Assembly: GCA_963665275.2 (NCBI GenBank)
Contig: CAXXIN010000005.1
Span: 128,745-192,744 of the forward strand
DNA length: 64,000 bases
Reading direction: 5' to 3'
DNA from: Negativicutes bacterium
GTDB taxonomy: Bacteria; Bacillota; Negativicutes; UBA1444
Part shown: in pieces, positions 60,217 through 64,000 of the stretch
How positions within the stretch are numbered: position 1 is the stretch's first letter
Layout of the letters: each line of letters begins with the position of its first letter
The notes under the pieces: generated by a model
The model's input: only the letters and a program-made list of their open reading frames with translations
The model's database searches: none
Told to the model about the DNA's origin: nothing
Translations under genes and position numbers: made by a program

Positions 60217-61098
60217 TTATTCGAGATAATTATTGTCGCCGCCGGCAGGAAGTACAGGCGTAAAGATGGAAATGAATTTCAGGTCATCTGTGCCGGTGAC
60301 ACGGGTGGCGTGGATGTTGCCGCGCGGGTTCACATGCACGTCGCCGGCTTTAACCGGCATCCAGACATCATTGATCAGGACCTCCCCGCTGCCGCCCATG
60401 ACAATGACGATTTCATCGGTGGTGGAGTGGAAGTGGTTCTTGATGACTGTGCCTTTACCTGCATCGCGCACCATAACGACTGCGCGGGGCGAGGTGAAGA
60501 TGGTTTTGCCGGCGATTTTGGGTTCGCCCGGCTTGGCGTTGGCGGCGTACCATTCATCATAATTGACCAGGATCGAGTTGGCGGGTGTGGAATCAACCAA
60601 CCCCAGAGGGATGACAGCGGGTTTGCCTTCTTCGAGGAAATTGGCGTCACCGCTGGCCGGGAGCACAGGCGTGAAGAGGGAAATGAACTTCAGGTCTTCC
60701 GTGCCGGTGACACGGGTGGCATGGACATTGCCACGCGGGTTCACGTGGACATCTCCGGCCTTGACCGGCGTCCATACTCCGTTGATCATGATTTCGCCTT
60801 TGCCGCCCATGACAACGACGACTTCATCGGTGGTGGAGTGGAAATGACTCTTAGCCAACGTGCCGATTCCACCATCGCGTAGCATGACAACTACGCGGGG
60901 GGAAGTGAAAATGGTGTTGCTGGCGATTTTGGGATCGTTAGGCTTGGCATTGGCAGCATACCACGCGTCATAATTGACCAGGACTGCGTCAGTGGGCGTG
61001 GAATCGACCAGACCTACGGGGATGACCGGTTGGGCAGAGCAAGTCAGCGTTCCGAGCAACAAGAGAACCACGAGTGCGAGTGAAGCTTTTTTGAACAA
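60217..61098 (-). CDS. Exported tandem cupin (internally duplicated bicupin)
   Basis: Signal peptide; two highly similar units each with HFHSTTDE...GxGE...PRGNxHAT. Confidence 0.8.
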   Translation of the reverse strand: MFKKASLALVVLLLLGTLTCSAQPVIPVGLVDSTPTDAVLVNYDAWYAANAKPNDPKIASNTIFTSPRVVVMLRDGGIGTLAKSHFHSTTDEVVVVMGGKGEIMINGVWTPVKAGDVHVNPRGNVHATRVTGTEDLKFISLFTPVLPASGDANFLEEGKPAVIPLGLVDSTPANSILVNYDEWYAANAKPGEPKIAGKTIFTSPRAVVMVRDAGKGTVIKNHFHSTTDEIVIVMGGSGEVLINDVWMPVKAGDVHVNPRGNIHATRVTGTDDLKFISIFTPVLPAGGDNNYLE

Positions 61099-61240
61099 TT
61101 TTTCTCCATCTCCCTTGTATTAAGATATTTAGTACTTCATTACCAATACTTCTGAGTTTGATTGGAGAATCCTGCCAAAAAAAATAAATTGATACAAATA
61201 TTTTGTTTTTGGATTTACTTTAGGAAAGGGGCGATGATTC

Positions 61241-61792
61241 GTGATCAGTGTTGGTGAGAAGAAAATTCACATCAAGCAGGGAGACATCACGGCAGAAACT
61301 TCGGATGCCATCGTCAATCCGGCCAATTCACAGCTGATGCATGGCGGGGGAGCTGCTCGTGCCATTGCCGTCAAGGGAGGATCTGTAATCAACGAACAGA
61401 GCCGTCGTCTGATCGAGCGGATCGGGACAGTTCCGGTGAGCAAGGCGGTGCTGACGGATGCGGGAGAGTTGCCCTGCAAATTTGTGATCCATACGGTTGG
61501 GCCGGTTTGGGGTGAAGGGGACGAAGAGGGGAAACTTCGCCGCGCGGTATGGAATGTGCTGACGCTGGCAGACCTCTATAACCTGGAGTCAGTATCGATG
61601 CCGGCTATCAGCTCGGGCGTGTTCGGGTTCCCCAAAGCGATGTGCGCGCAAATTTTGCTTGATTCAACCGTGAAGTTCCTGCAACAGCCATATGTTACGC
61701 TCGCGGATGTGGTCATGTGCAACTTTGATCATGAAACGGTGGAGATTTTCCTGGCAGCGGAGCATACATTGAAAAAAGCTAGACAGCATTAA
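61241..61792 (+). CDS. Macro domain protein (ADP-ribose binding/hydrolase)
   Basis: QGDIT, DAIVNPAN, HGGGAARAI, VIHTVGP, MPAISSGVFGFP. Confidence 0.92.
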   Translation: MISVGEKKIHIKQGDITAETSDAIVNPANSQLMHGGGAARAIAVKGGSVINEQSRRLIERIGTVPVSKAVLTDAGELPCKFVIHTVGPVWGEGDEEGKLRRAVWNVLTLADLYNLESVSMPAISSGVFGFPKAMCAQILLDSTVKFLQQPYVTLADVVMCNFDHETVEIFLAAEHTLKKARQH

Positions 61793-61837
61793 TGACTTGG
61801 CGAACGACAAAACTGCGTGATAGCTAGGAGGATCCGC

Positions 61838-63565
61838 ATGGAAAGCGAATTCTATCGAAAATGTCTACCGTTTTCCCGGGGGGATATTCCAGCTGAGCTG
61901 GTGATTCGCAATGCCCGCGTGGCCAATGTGTTTTCCCTTGAGTATGAACTGACGGACGTGGCGGTTGCGCAAGGAATTGTGGTTGGCATGGGCGAGGGAT
62001 ATGAAGGCCTCGAAGTTGTTGATGCTGCGGGAAAAGTATTGATCCCGGGAATGATTGACGGGCATATCCATATTGAAAGCACGCTGATGACGCCGGCGCG
62101 ATTTGCAGAGGCGGTGGCCATCCATGGTACTTCGGCAGTGATGGCTGATCCGCATGAAATTGCCAATGTCATGGGAATCGAAGGCGTTAAGAGCATGTGG
62201 CGGAATGCCCAGGACTTGCCGGTGGATTTCTTTTGGGGAGCTTCTTCCTGTGTACCGGCATCCGGGTTTGAGACGTGCAGGAAACCCCTCGGACCTTCGG
62301 ACTTGTCGACGCTGCTGCAAGACGGAATCTGCCAACACTTGGGCGAGATGATGAATTATCCTGCGGTGATTGGTGGCGATGCGGAGATTTGGGCCAAAAT
62401 CGCCGCTGCCCAGGGAAGACCCTTGACGGGGCACATTCCTGGTGTGGGCGGCAAAGACCTCTGCGCATACTTGCTCAGCGGGTGCAACTCGGATCATGAA
62501 ACAGTCAGTTACCTGGAGGGGTTGGAAAAGTTGCGGCGAGGCTGCTGGATTATGATGCGCTCAGGGTCGGCAGCTTCAGACTTGTCTGCGCTTGCTTCTC
62601 TGGTGATTGAAAACCCAGCCCGTTCGTCACGCTGCATGGTTGTGAGCGATGATTTGACACCGACATCGATCGCGGCGGGCGGACACATGGACGCCAAGCT
62701 GCGGCTGATGTGCCGATTGGGGATTGATCCGCTCGTTGCCTTGCGGATGGTGACATTGTCGCCAGCCGAATATTTCATACTGCCGCGACGGGGCGGAATC
62801 GCACCCGGCTGGATCGCAGACATGTCGCTTGTAGACTCGCTGGAGTCATGCCGGGTGGAGGCGGTCTGGCATAAGGGAAAGCTCGTCGCCAGTAGAGGAC
62901 GACTTTGCCAGCAAACCAGCAGGGCTTTCCCCAATGAAAAAATGATGCTGCCGCCACCCGCTTCTGCCGATGATCTTCGCGTTGCGGCAATTCCTGGCAC
63001 ACAAAAAATCCGCGTTATCGGCTGGAAACAAGGATCCTTGCTGACCGAATCTCTCTGCTTCGCTCCACGGGTTGAACAGGGCCTTGTAGTCGCTGACCCC
63101 GACAGGGACATTGCCAAATTGGTGGTGCAGGAAAGAAATCGGCGCACTGGTAAAGTAAGCGTTGGGTTCGTAAACGGCTTGGGACTCCGGTCGGGGGCTT
63201 TGGGCGCATCTATGGCTCATGATGCTCATCCTTTCATCGTGGCAGGGAGCGATGATCCATCGATTTTGCGGGCGCTAACTTGGTTGCGTGAAAATGGCGG
63301 CGGATTTGTGGCCTGCAAAGGTGAACGGGTTTTGGCTGCATTACAGCTCCCCATTGGAGGATTGATGAGTGAGGCGAACCTTGCAGAGGTGGCGCAGGCT
63401 TTGGACAAAGTCGATAGGGCGGCAGCGGGACTGGGAATAACGGGCGCTCATCCCTGTATGGCATTATCCTTCCTGTCCTTATCCGTTATTCCTTCCCTGA
63501 AATTGACGGATCAGGGTTATGTGGACATTGGAAGAGGAGGGGGACAGGAACTGTTTGTGGATTGA
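61838..63565 (+). CDS. ade: Adenine deaminase
   Basis: PGMIDGHIHIES, DPHEIANV, GEMMNYPAV, SDHE, AHDAH, LSVIPSLKLTD. Confidence 0.9.
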   Translation: MESEFYRKCLPFSRGDIPAELVIRNARVANVFSLEYELTDVAVAQGIVVGMGEGYEGLEVVDAAGKVLIPGMIDGHIHIESTLMTPARFAEAVAIHGTSAVMADPHEIANVMGIEGVKSMWRNAQDLPVDFFWGASSCVPASGFETCRKPLGPSDLSTLLQDGICQHLGEMMNYPAVIGGDAEIWAKIAAAQGRPLTGHIPGVGGKDLCAYLLSGCNSDHETVSYLEGLEKLRRGCWIMMRSGSAASDLSALASLVIENPARSSRCMVVSDDLTPTSIAAGGHMDAKLRLMCRLGIDPLVALRMVTLSPAEYFILPRRGGIAPGWIADMSLVDSLESCRVEAVWHKGKLVASRGRLCQQTSRAFPNEKMMLPPPASADDLRVAAIPGTQKIRVIGWKQGSLLTESLCFAPRVEQGLVVADPDRDIAKLVVQERNRRTGKVSVGFVNGLGLRSGALGASMAHDAHPFIVAGSDDPSILRALTWLRENGGGFVACKGERVLAALQLPIGGLMSEANLAEVAQALDKVDRAAAGLGITGAHPCMALSFLSLSVIPSLKLTDQGYVDIGRGGGQELFVD

Positions 63566-63611
63566 CTGGTTTTTAAAAACTTGGGACAATATTGATAATG
63601 GAGGTGACCCA

Positions 63612-64000
63612 GTGTTCAGACGATACAAAGCCATGACCAGATTCTTTCTCGTGTTGCTTCTCAGTGGGGTGGTGTCAGGTTGTGCTCAGAGCCCGGCATC
63701 TGCTGGCGTGGATGTCTCGGTGGAGGAGGCTCAGCGGCTATGGCAGAATAAAGAAGCAATCATTATCGATGTCCGGACTCCAGGCGAATATCGGGACGGT
63801 CATATTCCCGGCGTGGTCAATATTCCGCTTGATGAGCTGGAGAAGCGCATGAATGAAGTACCCAGAGATAAAAAAGTGGTGCTCATTTGCCGCACAGGAA
63901 ACCGGAGTGCGCAGGGAACCCAATTGCTGCGCAGCAAGGGCTTCCAAAATGTATTTAATAGTACCGGCGGGATGTCTACGTGGAAAGGACCTGTGGAAAA
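63612..64000 (+). CDS. Rhodanese-domain lipoprotein, 3'-truncated by window edge
   Basis: GGAGG RBS, GTG start, lipobox VSGC, IIDVRTPGEYRDGHIPG, ICRTGNRS; missing from ORF track because there is no stop in the window. Confidence 0.85.
   Translation, partial: MFRRYKAMTRFFLVLLLSGVVSGCAQSPASAGVDVSVEEAQRLWQNKEAIIIDVRTPGEYRDGHIPGVVNIPLDELEKRMNEVPRDKKVVLICRTGNRSAQGTQLLRSKGFQNVFNSTGGMSTWKGPVE

Noticed and set aside
1-64000. Selenocysteine/pyrrolysine read-through, tRNA/rRNA genes, integrases or transposases
   Set aside because: No gene appeared interrupted by an in-frame TGA/TAG with homology continuing, and no such RNA or recombinase motifs were recognised by eye

Overview
64 kb chromosomal window from what looks like an anaerobic Bacillota genome. 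T-boxes, ECF S components and TRAP transporters point that way; a Negativicutes/Sporomusaceae-like host is inference only. Bases 1-13.8 kb hold housekeeping and cofactor-salvage genes: TRAP DctM, pdxK with an ECF S component, ABC-F, ridA, suhB, and a TPP riboswitch-thiW followed by rocB-like, ornithine-cyclodeaminase-like and UroD-like genes. About 13.8-39.4 kb is a visibly more AT-rich accessory region with no integrase. It holds a CZB chemoreceptor, cupins, a TetR-headed chemosensory/c-di-GMP cluster bracketed by a 57-bp direct repeat, MerR/AraC regulators, an orphan hicB with a truncated hicA, a ~1540-aa nuclease-STAND (Avs-like) candidate defence protein and an iteron-flanked AT-rich origin-like site. 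Next come a rearranged trp operon (trpDFCBAEG) under two near-identical Trp T-boxes, and a PocR-GAF-PAS-PAS-PucR regulator with lactate dehydrogenase/permease genes. Near 59.3-60.1 kb is a small signal-peptide protein with the CD38/ADP-ribosyl-cyclase motif set, overlapping a candidate immunity gene and close to macrodomain and adenine deaminase genes; this is the most novel-looking system. All calls come from reading motifs by eye; no searches were run.
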